64,000 nt of DNA from Eledone cirrhosa. Taxonomy: Eukaryota. The stretch is taken from assembly GCA_964016885.1 (NCBI GenBank), contig OZ024741.1:298096001-298160000 (forward strand), in the 5' to 3' direction. The notes under the pieces were generated by a model. That model worked only from the letters and a program-made list of their open reading frames with translations, ran no database searches and was not told where the DNA came from. Within the stretch, counting starts at the first letter, position 1, and each line of letters opens with the position of its first letter. This document shows, one piece after another, positions 1 through 12,327 of the stretch. The position numbers and the translations under genes were made by a program.

Positions 1-68
1 CATTCCATGAGAGTATCTTTGTCAACCCTCGTATCTATGCGCAATATACGTAAAGATACAGAATTGCG

Positions 69-444
69 GGCACGACAACGCTATTAGCTGTCATATTTGT
101 TGGTGAAAAAAATTTGATTCTAAAACTTAAATTTATGAATGACTTGTTTTTTACATTGATAACCATGACTTGTTTTCTAATTAACTTAAATTTGTTTTCT
201 AATTTGGCCTCTTTAAGGGCCACCTATATTTTCATTTAAGTAACTCCACTTACATCGATATGCTTTGTTTTCTAATTTGGCCCTTTTAAGTCTTCCCTCT
301 CTCTCTCTCTCTCTTCCCTCTCCCTCTCAAAAAAACGCGTGAAAACTCCACTTACGCGCGGTAGTAATACGGAAATAAACGATGTTGACGAGTGACGTCA
401 CCTTCGCCTGTTTTCCACTGGACTGACAGCTAATAGCGTTGTAG
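69..444. mobile_element. Non-autonomous Merlin derivative (MITE-like)
   Basis: Starts with TIR ggcacgacaacgctattagctgtca (69-93) and ends with its near reverse complement tgacagctaatagcgttgtag (424-444). The interior from ~190 matches the 3' end of the Merlin copy at ~3060-3346. Confidence 0.7.
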
Positions 445-2186
445 GGCACTACGACGCTATTAGCTGTCAGTCCAAGCAGCTGATGGAAACAGGCGAAGGT
501 GACGTCACTCGTCAAACATCGTTTATTTCCGTATTACTACCACGCGTAAGTGGAGTTTTCACGCGTTTTTTGGAGAGAGAGAGGGGGTGAGAGGGGAAGA
601 GAAAGGGAAGAGGAGAGAGAGGGAAGAGAGAGAGAGAGGGATGACTTAAAAGGGCCAAATTAGAAAACAAATAGAAAAAACAAATAGAAAACAAGTCATG
701 GTTATAAAGCATGTCGATGTAAGTGGAGTTACTTAAATGAAAATATAGGTGGCCCTTAAAAGGGCCAAATTAGAAAACAAATTTAAGTTAATTAGAAAAC
801 AAATTTAAGTTAATTAGAAAACAAGTCATGGTTATCAAATAAATTTGATTTATTCATTTATATTTTCATTATTCACCAACCTTATTCAAAAGCATGTTTA
901 GAAACATTTATTTCACCAACCTTATTCAAATGCATGGAATCAGATGACGGATATGTTCTAATAACTTTTGGAAAATTTCTCCTTTAAATTCATACCGCCA
1001 CATGAATTCAATGAGATGGTTTTGAAGCAAATTTCTGGCTGTCCCGTTTTCCCTTTTATTCCTATTTTTTACGTGTTTCCACAAGCATTCTATGTGATTC
1101 GTTGTGGCAAATGTTACTGGATCAACAAAATTGATCGAATGGTTTACCGTCAGATGTTGATAGCTGATCGATCGTATTATAGGAACGCCATAGATCAGAT
1201 ATTATGGTTGTCCCTGGCAATATACGATCCTGTATAATGGTTAAAAATGTCTCCGCTGTCCTGTCTTCTACTGCTACTAAAATACATCTTCTGGTACTTC
1301 TTTCCAAAGCACCAAAAACCCACTGTGTTTTCACAGAATGGCCACGATGGTATTTCCTTCTCACGAATGCGCTTTCATCAATCTCGACAATTCGGTTTGG
1401 CCCGCCAAGCTTAATGTTTTGTGCCACATAGTACTCTGCACATACATCACGGCAAAAATTTCGCCAATCTGCTACGGCCACATTCGCGATACGACATTCC
1501 TCTGAAATCTTCTTGGCTAAATCTTCTTTTGCTCCAAAATATAATATATCAACTATTTGTTCACAGTTCATATTGCTATTTTCTAAAAATGTGCCTTTTC
1601 TAATAGAAACCTATTTTCTACGTGGTCTTTTACATGACCAGATAATCCCATCTGACACATTTTGTTTCGCTACTTCCAACATACGTTGACCACATGAAGG
1701 GCAGACCTTTTGTGTATTCAGAAGTCCTTGAATTTTCAACCAATTGACGGTATCTGCTGTAGTAGCGGTAGCGATGGAAAGATCGCGATGGTTAATTCCC
1801 TTAACACTTGGATATATTATAGAACTCGTTTTTCAACTTGCAGATGCGTGTATTATCACAAAGTGAAGATTAAAGTTTATTTATTTACACGTTGTGTTGG
1901 TGGTGTTGGTGATGATTGTTGCTGATTGGTGGGGATTGTCTCCATGCTTTTGAATAAGGTCGGTGAAAATAATTTGTTTTCTAAACATTTCTTCATAAAT
2001 ATATAGGGTTGGTGAAAAAAATTTGATAACCATAATTTGGCCCTTTTAAGGGCCACCTATATTTTCATTTAAGTTAACTCCACTGTTGGTGAAAATGACT
2101 TGTTTTTTTATATTGATAACCATAACTATGAAAATATGTGACGTCATTCGTCAACCTTCCCCTACTTTCACTTCTGACAGCTAATA
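445..2186 (-). mobile_element. Merlin (IS1595/ISXO2-like DDE) DNA transposon, near full length, frameshifted transposase
   Basis: ORF 1122-1571 has VEIDES...WVFG...ILPGTTIISDLWRSY. After a frameshift it continues YQHLTVNHSINFVDP...TNHIECLW to a stop at 926-928. N-terminal CPSCG...WSCK lies upstream. TIR at 445-469 and partial TIR tgacagctaata at 2175-2186. Confidence 0.85.
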
Positions 2187-2211
2187 CCATGAACTGTAAA
2201 AATACAGTTCA

Positions 2212-3346
2212 TGGAAGTAGCGAAACAAAATGTGTCAGATGGGATTATCTGGTCATGTAAAAGACCACGTAGAAAACAGGTTTCTATTAGAAAAGGCACA
2301 TTTTTAGAAAATAGCAATTTGAAGTGTGAACAAATAGTTGATATATTATATTTTGGAGCAAAAGAAGATTTCAGAGGAATGTCGTATCGCGAATGTGGCC
2401 GTAGCAGATTGGCGAAATTTTTGCCGTGATGTATGTGCAGAGTACTATGTGGCACAAAACATTAAGCTTGGCCGGCCAAACCGAATTGTCGAGATTGATG
2501 AAAGCGCATTCGTGAGAAGGAAATACCATCGTGGCCATTCTGTGAAAACACAGTGGGTTTTGGGTTATTTGGAAAGAAGTACCAGAAGATGTATTTTAGT
2601 AGCAGTAGAAGACAGGACAGCGGAGACATTTTTAACCATTATACAGGATCGTATATTGCCAGGGACAACCATAATATCTGATCTATGGCGTTCCTATAAT
2701 ACGATCGATCAGCTATCAACATCTGACGGTAAACCAGTCGATCAATTTTGTTGATCCAGTAACATTTGCCACAACGAATCATATAGAATGCTTGTGGAAA
2801 CACGTAAAAAATAGGAATAAAAGGGAAAACGGGACAGCCAGAAATTTGCTTCAAAACCATCTCATTGAATTCATGTGGCGGTATGAATTTAAAGGAGAAA
2901 TTTTCCAAAAGTTATTAGAACATATCCGTCATCTGATTCCATGCATTTGAATAAGGTTGGTGAAATAAATGTTTCTAAACATGCTTTTGAATAAGGTTGG
3001 TGAATAATGAAAATATAAATGAATAAATCAAATTTATTTTATAACCATGACTTGTTTTCTAATTTGGCCCTTTTAAGGGCCACCTATATTTTCATTTAAG
3101 TAACTCCACTTACATCGATATGCTTTATAACCATGACTTGTTTTCTATTTGTTTTTTCTATTTGTTTTCTAATTTGGCCCTTTTAAGTCTTCCCTCTCTC
3201 TCCTCTTCCCCCTCTCACCAAAAAACGCGTGAAAACTCCACTTATGCGTGGTAGTAATACGGAAATAAACGATATTTGACGAGTGACGTCACCTTCGCCT
3301 GTTTCCATCGGCTGCTTGGACTGACAGCTAATAACGTTGTCGTGCC
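2212..3346 (+). mobile_element. Merlin transposon, 5'-truncated inverted copy
   Basis: ORFs 2211-2429 and 2338-2754 are near-identical to the minus copy. Ends in TIR tgacagctaataacgttgtcgtgcc at 3346. Confidence 0.85.
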
Positions 3347-3349
3347 AAA

Positions 3350-3685
3350 ATTAATTGTCGCAGAAATGCTACCACTTAAAATAAAATTTAGCTGGATATA
3401 AATTAGCAAAATTTAATAAGCAGGATCGGGAGGGGTAGGAGCGGGATGGTGAAAAAAAAAATGATTATTTCTACTTTTGGCACAAGGCCAGCAATAACCC
3501 AGTGCATTACTGGTACTTTATTTTATCGACCCCGTAAGGATGAAAGGCAAAGTTAACCTCGGAGGGATTTGAACTCAGATCATAGTGGGAAGTAACTCTA
3601 TGCTGCAAAGCAAGGCGTCCAACCCTCTACCGATACTGCCAAAATAATAAGCGATGAGGTGAGACGATTATTCGAGACCCGAGAG
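3350..3685. mobile_element. TA-flanked MITE (TIR ctctcgggtctcgaataa), partial, with nested SINE
   Basis: 3350-3460 is the reverse complement of 43220-43340. Ends ttattcgagacccgagag|TA, the exact reverse complement of the TIR at 43174. Confidence 0.65.
3465..3640 (-). mobile_element. tRNA-derived SINE family 1 (core gcctttcatcct..ggggtcgataaa)
   Basis: Contains B-box gagttcaaatccc and the conserved core. Further copies at ~7530-7690, 13355-13420, 14160-14310, 23270-23350, 25765-25850, 30555-30710, 35095-35275, 46940-47090, 50400-50540 and 57085-57255. Confidence 0.75.
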
Positions 3686-4415
3686 TATATATGTGACTGG
3701 CTGAAGCTTTGTTTATTTACTATGAATTGTATGTAATTCAAAATACAAATTAAAGAGTTTACCAACCATATATTCTCGTAAACAGTCGGATCTTAATAAT
3801 TTTTTAAAGACTTTTTCGTGTGATGTTTAGAAAAATTGATAATTCGAATTGAATGTATTAAATTATTTTAGGGAACATTAAAGTATGTCACCGGTTGCGT
3901 TTAGACGAAAGGGAAGTTGTGAATGACACCGATGATTTTATGTTTTCATAACTATTCTAATTATTTTGTGTCTGTGGATTATCCCATCTTCGGGTGAACA
4001 TTAATGTTTGTGGATAACAAACGATGATCTGTTCGTTTCAAAAGCGGCATTCCATTACTTGCATACTTAATTATTTCATTTCATCACAGTCTACGCTACA
4101 TCGTAAAATGGTTGCACCCCATTTTACAGGACAAAGGAAATGGGTTTTAACCAAAACTTGAAGTACAGAAAATAAAACAGTAACTAACGAGTGATTAATT
4201 TTCTGAGCCCCCTGATTTCGTAACATAGAAATAGAATATTTTTTGCCTACAACAATGTGTTTTACAACATGAAGGCCCATTCAGCAACAAGCATTTTAGT
4301 GGTAAGTTGAACAAATAAACTGCATATTTTTCACACATAAAAATTGGAAGTTGAACCATAATATATTATACTTACAAATATTTTCTCGTGTTTTACGAAT
4401 TAATTGAAAATTAAT

Positions 4416-6245
4416 ATGGAAGACGTTAGTCATGTGGACACCTCCAACACCAGTGTTTTTAACAATATAGATACAGAAACGCTTATGTACAATGATGAGA
4501 AACCTTTACTTAGTGAAACATTTAATAAACAAAAATTACACAAACATATTCTTGAATATCGCTGTGAGATTTGTAAGGAAACTTTCTCTTCAGAACATGA
4601 AGTTTCGGAACACAAAGAAATACACAATAGTGAAAAGCCATTCCACTGTGAAATATGTGGGAAATCTTTTCCATATAACAGCAATTTAATATATCACAAA
4701 AGAATACACACTGGAGAGAAGCCATTCCATTGTGATATATGTGGAATGTCTTTTATCCAGAATAATAATTTAACAACACACAAAAGGACACACATTGGAG
4801 AAAAACCTTATTCCTGTGAAATATGTGGGAAATCATTTGTTAACAATAGTGGTTTAAACAGGCACAAAAAAATACATACTGGAGAAAAACCCTTCCATTG
4901 TGAAATATGTGGATATTCATGTATCACTAATAGTAAGTTAACAGCACATATAAGAGTACATACTGGAGAAAAACTATTTCACTGTGAAATATGTGGGAAA
5001 TATTTCTCTAAGAAGGCAAACCTTGTTATACACAAACGTAGACACACTGGAGAAAGACCTTATAGCTGTGAAATATGTGGGAAACATTTTATCACTAATG
5101 ATCTCTTAAAAAAACATACAAAAATACACACAGGAGAAAACATGTTTCATTGTGAAATATGTGGGAAATCCTTTTCTGTTAATTCAAGTCTTGTAGTTCA
5201 CAAAAGAATACACACTGGAGAAAATCTCTATCACTGCGAAGTATGTGGAAAATCATTTATTTCAAATTCTAAGCTTACAGTTCATATACGTAGTCACACA
5301 GGAGAAAAACCATATCACTGTGAAATATGTGGAGAATCTTTTGTCTCCAATTCTAAGCTTACAGTTCACATACGTAATCACACTGGAGAAAAACCATATC
5401 AGTGTGAAATATGTGGAGAATCTTTTGTCTCCAATTTTAAGCTTGCAGCTCACATACATAATCACACTGGGGAGCAACCATATCAGTGTGATATTTGCAA
5501 AAAATCTTTTGTCAACAATAGTGATTTAAAGAGACACAAAAAAATACACACAGGTGAAAAATCTTTTTTCTGTGAAATATGTGGGAAGTCATTCTTTGAT
5601 AATTCTGCTCTTTTTGTTCACAAAAGAATACACACGGGAGAAAAACCCTATCACTGCGAAATTTGTGAGAAATCTTTCACCTCTAATAGTTATTTAACAA
5701 GTCACAAAAGAATACATGCTGGGGAAAAACCCTTCCACTGTGAAACCTGTGGAAAATCATTCATTACTAATGGTCATTTAAAAACACACAAAATAATACA
5801 CACTGGAGAAAAGCCCTTCCATTGTGAAATATGTGGAAAATCATTTAATTTAAATAGTCTTTTAAAAATACATACTAGAATACACACTGGAGAAAAACCA
5901 TTTCCTTGTGAAGTTTGTGGGAAATCATTTATTGTAAATAGTGTTTTAAAAACTCACAGAATGAGACACTTTGAAGAAAAACCCTTCCACTGTGAAATAT
6001 GCGAGAAATCATTTATTACTAATGGTCATTTAACAATACACAAAAGAACACACAGTGGAGAAAAACCATTTCAATGTGAAATATGTGGGAAGTCATTTGT
6101 CATTAATTCAAATCTTATTATCCACATACGTAATCACACCGGAGAAAAACCGTTTCATTGTGAAATATGTGGAAAGTCATTTGTCGCTAAAGATTACTTA
6201 AAAAGGCATACACAAATACACACTGAAAAGAAGCATTTTAACTGA
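4416..6245 (+). CDS. C2H2 zinc finger protein ZNF-A, 20 tandem fingers, no recognisable KRAB/SCAN/BTB domain
   Basis: Intact ORF with first ATG at 4416 (MEDVSHVDT, paralogous to the ZNF-D start). 20 C-x2-C-x12-H-x3-H repeats with TGEKP-type linkers. Confidence 0.92.
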   Translation: MEDVSHVDTSNTSVFNNIDTETLMYNDEKPLLSETFNKQKLHKHILEYRCEICKETFSSEHEVSEHKEIHNSEKPFHCEICGKSFPYNSNLIYHKRIHTGEKPFHCDICGMSFIQNNNLTTHKRTHIGEKPYSCEICGKSFVNNSGLNRHKKIHTGEKPFHCEICGYSCITNSKLTAHIRVHTGEKLFHCEICGKYFSKKANLVIHKRRHTGERPYSCEICGKHFITNDLLKKHTKIHTGENMFHCEICGKSFSVNSSLVVHKRIHTGENLYHCEVCGKSFISNSKLTVHIRSHTGEKPYHCEICGESFVSNSKLTVHIRNHTGEKPYQCEICGESFVSNFKLAAHIHNHTGEQPYQCDICKKSFVNNSDLKRHKKIHTGEKSFFCEICGKSFFDNSALFVHKRIHTGEKPYHCEICEKSFTSNSYLTSHKRIHAGEKPFHCETCGKSFITNGHLKTHKIIHTGEKPFHCEICGKSFNLNSLLKIHTRIHTGEKPFPCEVCGKSFIVNSVLKTHRMRHFEEKPFHCEICEKSFITNGHLTIHKRTHSGEKPFQCEICGKSFVINSNLIIHIRNHTGEKPFHCEICGKSFVAKDYLKRHTQIHTEKKHFN

Positions 6246-7910
6246 AACATGAAAAACCCTTCTCTTGCAAATCTAAACTTATAACAAGTACACATTGGAG
6301 AACATTTAATTCATCATTTTACACCCACTTGCCATGCTGGTATTGATTGGTCGATTTGTTGTGATCTAAGTTGGTTTATACTTGTAGGACTACATCTTGC
6401 TTCTACATTCCAATTTTTGGCATGGATGCACTTCTTAATACTAAACACTTGACACAGTGTACTGGACATATTTTATCGTGGCTCAAGTACAAGAGCGGAT
6501 TTCATATACATTATCTTCATTTTACAGATGTACTGAGTACATTTTATCATAGTGCCAACACCAGAGTGGTTACTTTGCTCCCACATGGCAAAAGAGTTCT
6601 CTTCACTCTGTGTCCCTAAAAAGTAGTCTTGAAGAAGAGTTCTGGACAAGACGCTAAATGAAAAGAAAGTATGAATATGAGTGTGAAGGAGGAAAAGTGG
6701 TAGAGGGGGGAGAGGGACAGTATTAACTACATGTTGTTTGTTGTGGAAATCATTGTCTTAAATTTTCATATTGTATTCTATGACCTTTTCACTAAAATAT
6801 TTGGGAAAATCAGTTTTGTGAAATATTAATTTTGTAGTTAAAAAATGAATACACATTGGACAAAAAGTTATATCAATGTGAAAGATGAGGGAAATTATTC
6901 ATTATCATCATATCACTGTTTAATGCCTATGTTTCCATGTTGTTAGATGGCCAGTTGGCTGTGCCATACCTTGCTCAAACAGAACTTTATTTTGGCTGTT
7001 TTTTTATGGCTGGGTGCCTTTCCTAACACCAACCATGTTTACAGTGTGAAGTAAATCAACAATTCTAATCGACTGCTGAGTATAGATTTGAGAAAATAAT
7101 ACCTGTGAAATATGTTTAAAAATCATTCTCTGAATTTTAGTCTAGAAATATACAAATATACCCTGAAGAATGATCTATTCATTGGTATTTATCAATCAGG
7201 TTTCCAGAGACACCAAATCATTAGATAGGAAGGGAAAAACTTTATTGATGTGAAATTTATAAAACAGTATCCTCATGCAAATGCTATATTGTTAAATATA
7301 AGAAAATATTGAGATGATTTGTTGGAAACATTTTCTATAGATAGGGGTATGTATGTAGGAACCTGTAACTCCTGATGGGGTCATAGGGGTGCTATTGTGA
7401 CATGTCTTGGGCATTTTTTAAACCTGGCAGAGATCATCCTCTCTTGTGGTCTGAACACAGTCAATTTCTTCCAGAGAAGGAAAGGGGAAAGAAGAGAAAT
7501 AAAGAAAGGAAGATATACAAAGACAATTGTCTTCAGTACTAGGCTGGTCCTTTTTTAAATTTTTTTTTATTAACCTTGGAAAAATGAAAAGCAAAGTTAA
7601 CTGTAGAGGGATTTGAACTCGGAGTGCAGAAAGCTAAAATGAATACCATAAAGTATTCTGTCTGACATTCTAATGACTCTGCTAATTCAATAAGAGTGAA
7701 AACAAATAGCAGATATTCATGTAAAAAATGATAAAACGAAACAATATAATACTAACATGAACTCACTGTCTTGCAGATAGCATATTTGTCTTTTTACATA
7801 GGTGTATGCATATGATGATAAAGAAACAGACAGATAGAAGAGAGAGATGGATTGATGTATAGATAAACAGTTATAGATTGACAGGTGTATATATTAATAT
7901 ATAACTATAG

Positions 7911-8905
7911 CCAGTGGCAGACTGTGTCTAAAAATATTGGTTGCCATTATACACAATTTCAATGCTATCATTTAATTTTTATAAAGAATAAATAAAATTT
8001 TCAAAAAATAAGTATAAACAAAAAGGTGTAATTAAAGTTTTTGCTAAAAAAAAGTATATTCTTTACTAATTACAGAGTACATGTACTATACATATTACTG
8101 GCAGTATACAGTAATACCAAATGTAAATACAGAATGTCATTGCATTTTAAAATCATTTTTTTGGTGAATGTATAGTATACTGTTATTTTGAAAATAAAGT
8201 TCAATAAATCTATAAATCAATTTCAATATTTTTAATGAAGACTCTTTACTGTCAAAGAGATAACTATGTTTTCTTATGAAAATCACAGCATTGCAGTCAA
8301 TACCATATCTTCATACATATACATCATTTGTTTGTTTGCTCTTTATGAAGGAGATTTCTTTCAAACAACTTGTGCATATATTGTTTTTATTAAACATACA
8401 TATACCAACAATTCTATCACCACCACTTCAATTACTCCAGCCAATCTAAAGGATAAATTTTGATTTCTTCTACTTCCTTCTATTATTCTTTTATCTTTGC
8501 TCTTGCCATTTTTATGGCCCTTATAAAATTTCCAAAATAACAGTATATTATGCATTTACCAAATTTTAAAATAGTTGATGGATATTCTTTAATAGTTTAT
8601 TTGTACTGCACACTTTAGACATTAAATAGTTCAAAAGTACAAAAGTGTATTACATGCAGTCCACTATATTAAGAGTAATGGTTTGAGTTCACTAGGTGAT
8701 TGTGCAAATCTGTCAATACTTGCTTTTGCATCCAATTCATGTAACAATTCCTTTTTAATGGATAGCAATATGTATGATTCCAACTTCTCAGACAGCGAAT
8801 TTCTTAACCTTGTCTTTATGATCTTTAGCTTTGAAAATGTCCTCCCACATTGGATATGGGTAATTAATAGTGTGCAGATGATTTTATAAAGTTCATGATG
8901 GTTAC
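7911..8905 (-). mobile_element. hAT transposon 3' remnant (hATC dimerisation region and terminus)
   Basis: ORF 8664-8945 reads CGRTFSKLKIIKTRLRNSLSE..ILLSI...IDRFA, typical of ZMYM1-like hAT transposases. hAT-like end cagtggcagactg at ~7912. Confidence 0.7.
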
Positions 8906-8925
8906 CATATGCCTTGTTATGAAGT

Positions 8926-10853
8926 CTGTTGGATGCACGCATCATACAGTCTGCCTTTCATTTTGAGGGAGAAGCCTTTTGCAGCTAGCAGTGGTAGTAG
9001 TTCCCTAAACTTCTTCCATCCCGTTCTTACCTTAGTTATTGTACTCTCTGAACACCCACCTCCGCTGCTAATTTGGTCACCTAGGTAGTAGAAGCTGTCT
9101 ACTGTTTCTACAGAGCCCTCCCAGAGATTGGTGGTACTTGTTTCCTGTGGCTGTTTGCTGCTTGCTGTCCCAGCACAGCTGCTGCATGTGAAGCCTATAT
9201 TCTTAATTAAGCTTCCTGAGATCCCGCTACATCTCTTGTGTACCCATTGTTTGCATTTGGGGCAGAGAATGGAGTTCCTACCTACACCTTTCCTACATAC
9301 TGAGCAAGACCATTTCCCTGAGGGGATCTGGGTTCTGTTTTCTCGTCTACTTACAAGGACCTTAGTCTTTGTCATGTTGACTTTGAGGCCCTTTCTTTCT
9401 AGTCCCTGCTTCCAAGTTTGGAATTTCTTCTCTAGTTCTACCATAGATTCAGCTATAAGTGCGAGGATATCAGCATACAGGAGTTCCCATGAGTATCCGG
9501 TCTTAAACTCCTCCGTTATTGCCTGCAGGACTATGATGAACAGGAGGGGGCTAAGAACAGAGCCCTGGTGGACACCAACCTGTACGCTAAATTCATTGCT
9601 AATCCTAACTTTGCTGACTGCTCCCCTATACATGGCTTGTACCGCTTTCACAAGCCATTCATCTACTCCTAGTTTTCTAAGAGCCCACCAGATTACAGCA
9701 CGTGGAACTCTGTCAAAGGCTTTCTCAAGATCGACAAATGCCAGGTAGAGTGGCTTACTTTTAGCTAGGTACTTTTCCTGTAACTGCCTGACAAGGAAGA
9801 GGGCATCAGTGGTGCCTCTTCCTGGTACAAACCCAAATTGCATCTCGTCTAGTTTCACCCGGTCCCTAATCAACTGTGCTATAACTTTTTCTGTTACTTT
9901 CATGACCTGGTCCATCAGCTTTATACCTCTATAGTTTCCTCTATCTAGTGCATCACCTTTACCTTTGTAGCAGTTGACAATGATGCTACTGCACCAATCT
10001 TTTGGTATGACACCTAGTATTACCTGGTTAACAATACGTGTGGTTATAGTGTGACCTACAGACCCAGATGCCTTCAGCATCTCAGCAGCTATACCCGATG
10101 GACCGGTTGCCTTCCCCATCTTCATATCTTTGATTGCCTTACTTACTACGCTGCTGCTGGCCCCTCTATAGGGTCTACTTGGGGTAGGGTCTCTTCTTCC
10201 CATGCATTCTCCTCATTTAGTAATCTATCATAATGTCTCTTCCATGCATCTTTCTTCTCAGCACTTGTGAGGGCAAGCTCACCTTTATCATTCCGGATAC
10301 ACTTCTCTCCAATGACATCACAATTCTCTCTGACACACTGCCACACAATCTTGAACACCTGTTTCTGGTCCTCACGTTGCAAAACATGCTTGAATTTTCT
10401 ATCCTCTGCTTCCCTCCTAGCTAAGTATACTTGTCGCCTAGCTTCCCTCTTGGTCTCTATGTAATGTACCCTGCTCCCCCCGTTCTTCCATTCTTTCCAT
10501 GCCTGTCTCTTGGCCTTAACTGCCTCATCTACCTTATTGTTCCACCACCAAGTCACTCTCCTCCTGCTTGTGGTCTTACTCCAGCCACAGACCTCATCCG
10601 TCGCCTCTCGTAAGTTATTTTTTAGGAACTCCCAGTTCTCTTCTACATTGAATGTCTCTATCTGTTCTTCTTTACTGTCACAGGCGTTGAGTAAAATATC
10701 TTTAAATCTGTTACTGGTTGAGGGGTCTTTTAGCTTCCAGATCTTTCTTCTCCAGGTTGGCCTCTGTTTCCATGTTCGTCTAATTCTGACTGTGAGGTCG
10801 CTGACAACTAAGCTATGTTGGGATGTACATTCCTCACTAGGGAAGGCTTTTGT
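8926..10853 (-). mobile_element. RTE-clade LINE ORF2 (end of APE, RT, PHD-like finger), frameshifted, truncated at both ends
   Basis: ORFs 10146-10865 and 8917-10203 carry GNYRGIKL, QFGFVPGRGTTDA, FVDLEKAFDRV, GVHQGSVLSPLLF and LLYAD. Confidence 0.92.
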
Positions 10854-11118
10854 GTATATATACATTTATGTGTGTGTGTATATATATATATATATACATA
10901 CATACACAAACACATACAAGATCAGATATATACATATGTTGTTTTCAGCTTGTACAAGATACTTCTGTCTCCATTTTCCCTGGGGATGTTGAAAGTAGAA
11001 CTGACCGCTACCCTTATCAGTAATGTTTGTTATATATCTATCTATCATATATATATATATGTGTGTGTGTGTCTGTATATACATTATATATATATATATA
11101 TGTTTGTGTACACACATA

Positions 11119-11785
11119 CGAGGGCCAGTCAAAAAGTAAAGCCTTTTGTTTTATTGCAAGAAAAATAAAGAACAAAACAATGTATTTTACATCAGAGGAT
11201 CACTATCCTACTTCTCAACATAGTCAGCACCTCTTCCGATAGCAGCAGTCCACCTTTGAATGAGGGCATCTATCCCAGCTTCGTAAAACTCTGCTAGCTG
11301 CTCACAAAGCCATTTCTTGACAACAGTTTTCACTTCCTCATCATTTCCATAATGGTGGCCTCTCAATGCTTCTTTCATGGGACTGAAGAGGTGGTAGTCT
11401 GATGGTGCCAAATCAGGTGAGTATGGAGGGTGCAAGAGTTGTCCACCTGAACGAGCCTTGAACTTTTGGATTTTTGGAGATGCCTGGTGACGCCATTCCA
11501 TTGATTGCCTTTTTGACTCGGGTTCATAATAATGAATCCAAGTTTCATCACTGTAATAAACCTTTTAAAGAATGTGTTGTCTCTTTGACTGAATTCAAGG
11601 AGCTCAGTGTAGCAGTTAAATGTTTCAGTCTTGTGCTCAACTGTGAGTTGTCTTGGTACCCAACGGGCACAGGTTTTTGAAAATCCAAGTGAGTCAACAA
11701 TGCTGTGAGCACTATCATGACTAACTCCAAGCTCTAATGCCAACTCATCAAGGTTCAGCTCTGATTAAAGCATCTGCTTTTGCTA
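11119..11785 (-). mobile_element. mariner (DD34D) transposon remnant, internally deleted
   Basis: WVPRQL and HPPYSPDLAPSDYHLF motifs in ORFs 11375-11743 and 11208-11501. Terminus TA|cgagggccagtcaaaaag at 11117. Confidence 0.85.
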
Positions 11786-11797
11786 TTATATATATAA

Positions 11798-11985
11798 TAT
11801 AATTAAAATTTAATACACTTAACATGTATGTGCGACCTTGGGTTTCGGAGTCCAGTTATGGTCACCACTGTATAGTGGAAGAGCCATTCTAATACTGGCC
11901 TCTCAACGAGTGCAATGGTGGCCATAACTGGACCCCAAAACTTAAGGTCATGCATACATGTTAAGTGCATGAAATTTTAATTATA
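11798..11985. mobile_element. ~190-bp hairpin MITE
   Basis: Arms of ~75 bp (tataattaaaatttaatacacttaacatgtatg...gtccagttatggtcacca) are imperfect inverted repeats with TA ends. Confidence 0.7.
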
Positions 11986-12037
11986 CAAAATAAGCTCTTA
12001 TTGTTTTCCTGGGATTTTTATCTCCGGATATCCTGCA

Positions 12038-12079
<42 letters not shown>

Positions 12080-12116
12080 TGTGCTTCATCGAACATCGAA
12101 TCAGTCCCTTTTATTT

Positions 12117-12154
12117 TCCTCGGAAGAAGAGATTTTAATCTTGAAATATCAGGA
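12117..12154 (+). ncRNA. Degenerate minimal hammerhead ribozyme candidate
   Basis: tcct-CGGAAGA-agagattttaatctt-GAAA-tatc-agga, followed by AATAAA at 12161. The core has a U>G change. Confidence 0.4.
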
Positions 12155-12293
12155 CATATAAATAAATTAAAGTAAAACATATAACAGCTTGTTTCATTCT
12201 TTATTTGTTCATTTCACATTGTCGTGGCTTTCAAACTTCAAATTTTATACACCATACACAATGTTTCAAGTAAACTACAAATTCCTCCTATAT

Positions 12294-12327
<34 letters not shown>

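Noticed and set aside
445-3346. Bacterial IS1595 contamination or recent HGT
   Set aside because: It is embedded among eukaryotic SINEs and ZNF genes, and Merlin is the known eukaryotic IS1595-related superfamily.
4404-4415. Upstream TTG starts in the ORF track for ZNF-A, ZNF-B and ZNF-C
   Set aside because: These are prokaryotic-style starts; the paralog-conserved ATGs lie downstream.
9128-10992. Plus-strand ORFs 9128-9748 and 10510-10992, and similar antisense or alternative-frame ORFs over ZNFs and TEs
   Set aside because: These are shadow ORFs of real coding frames.
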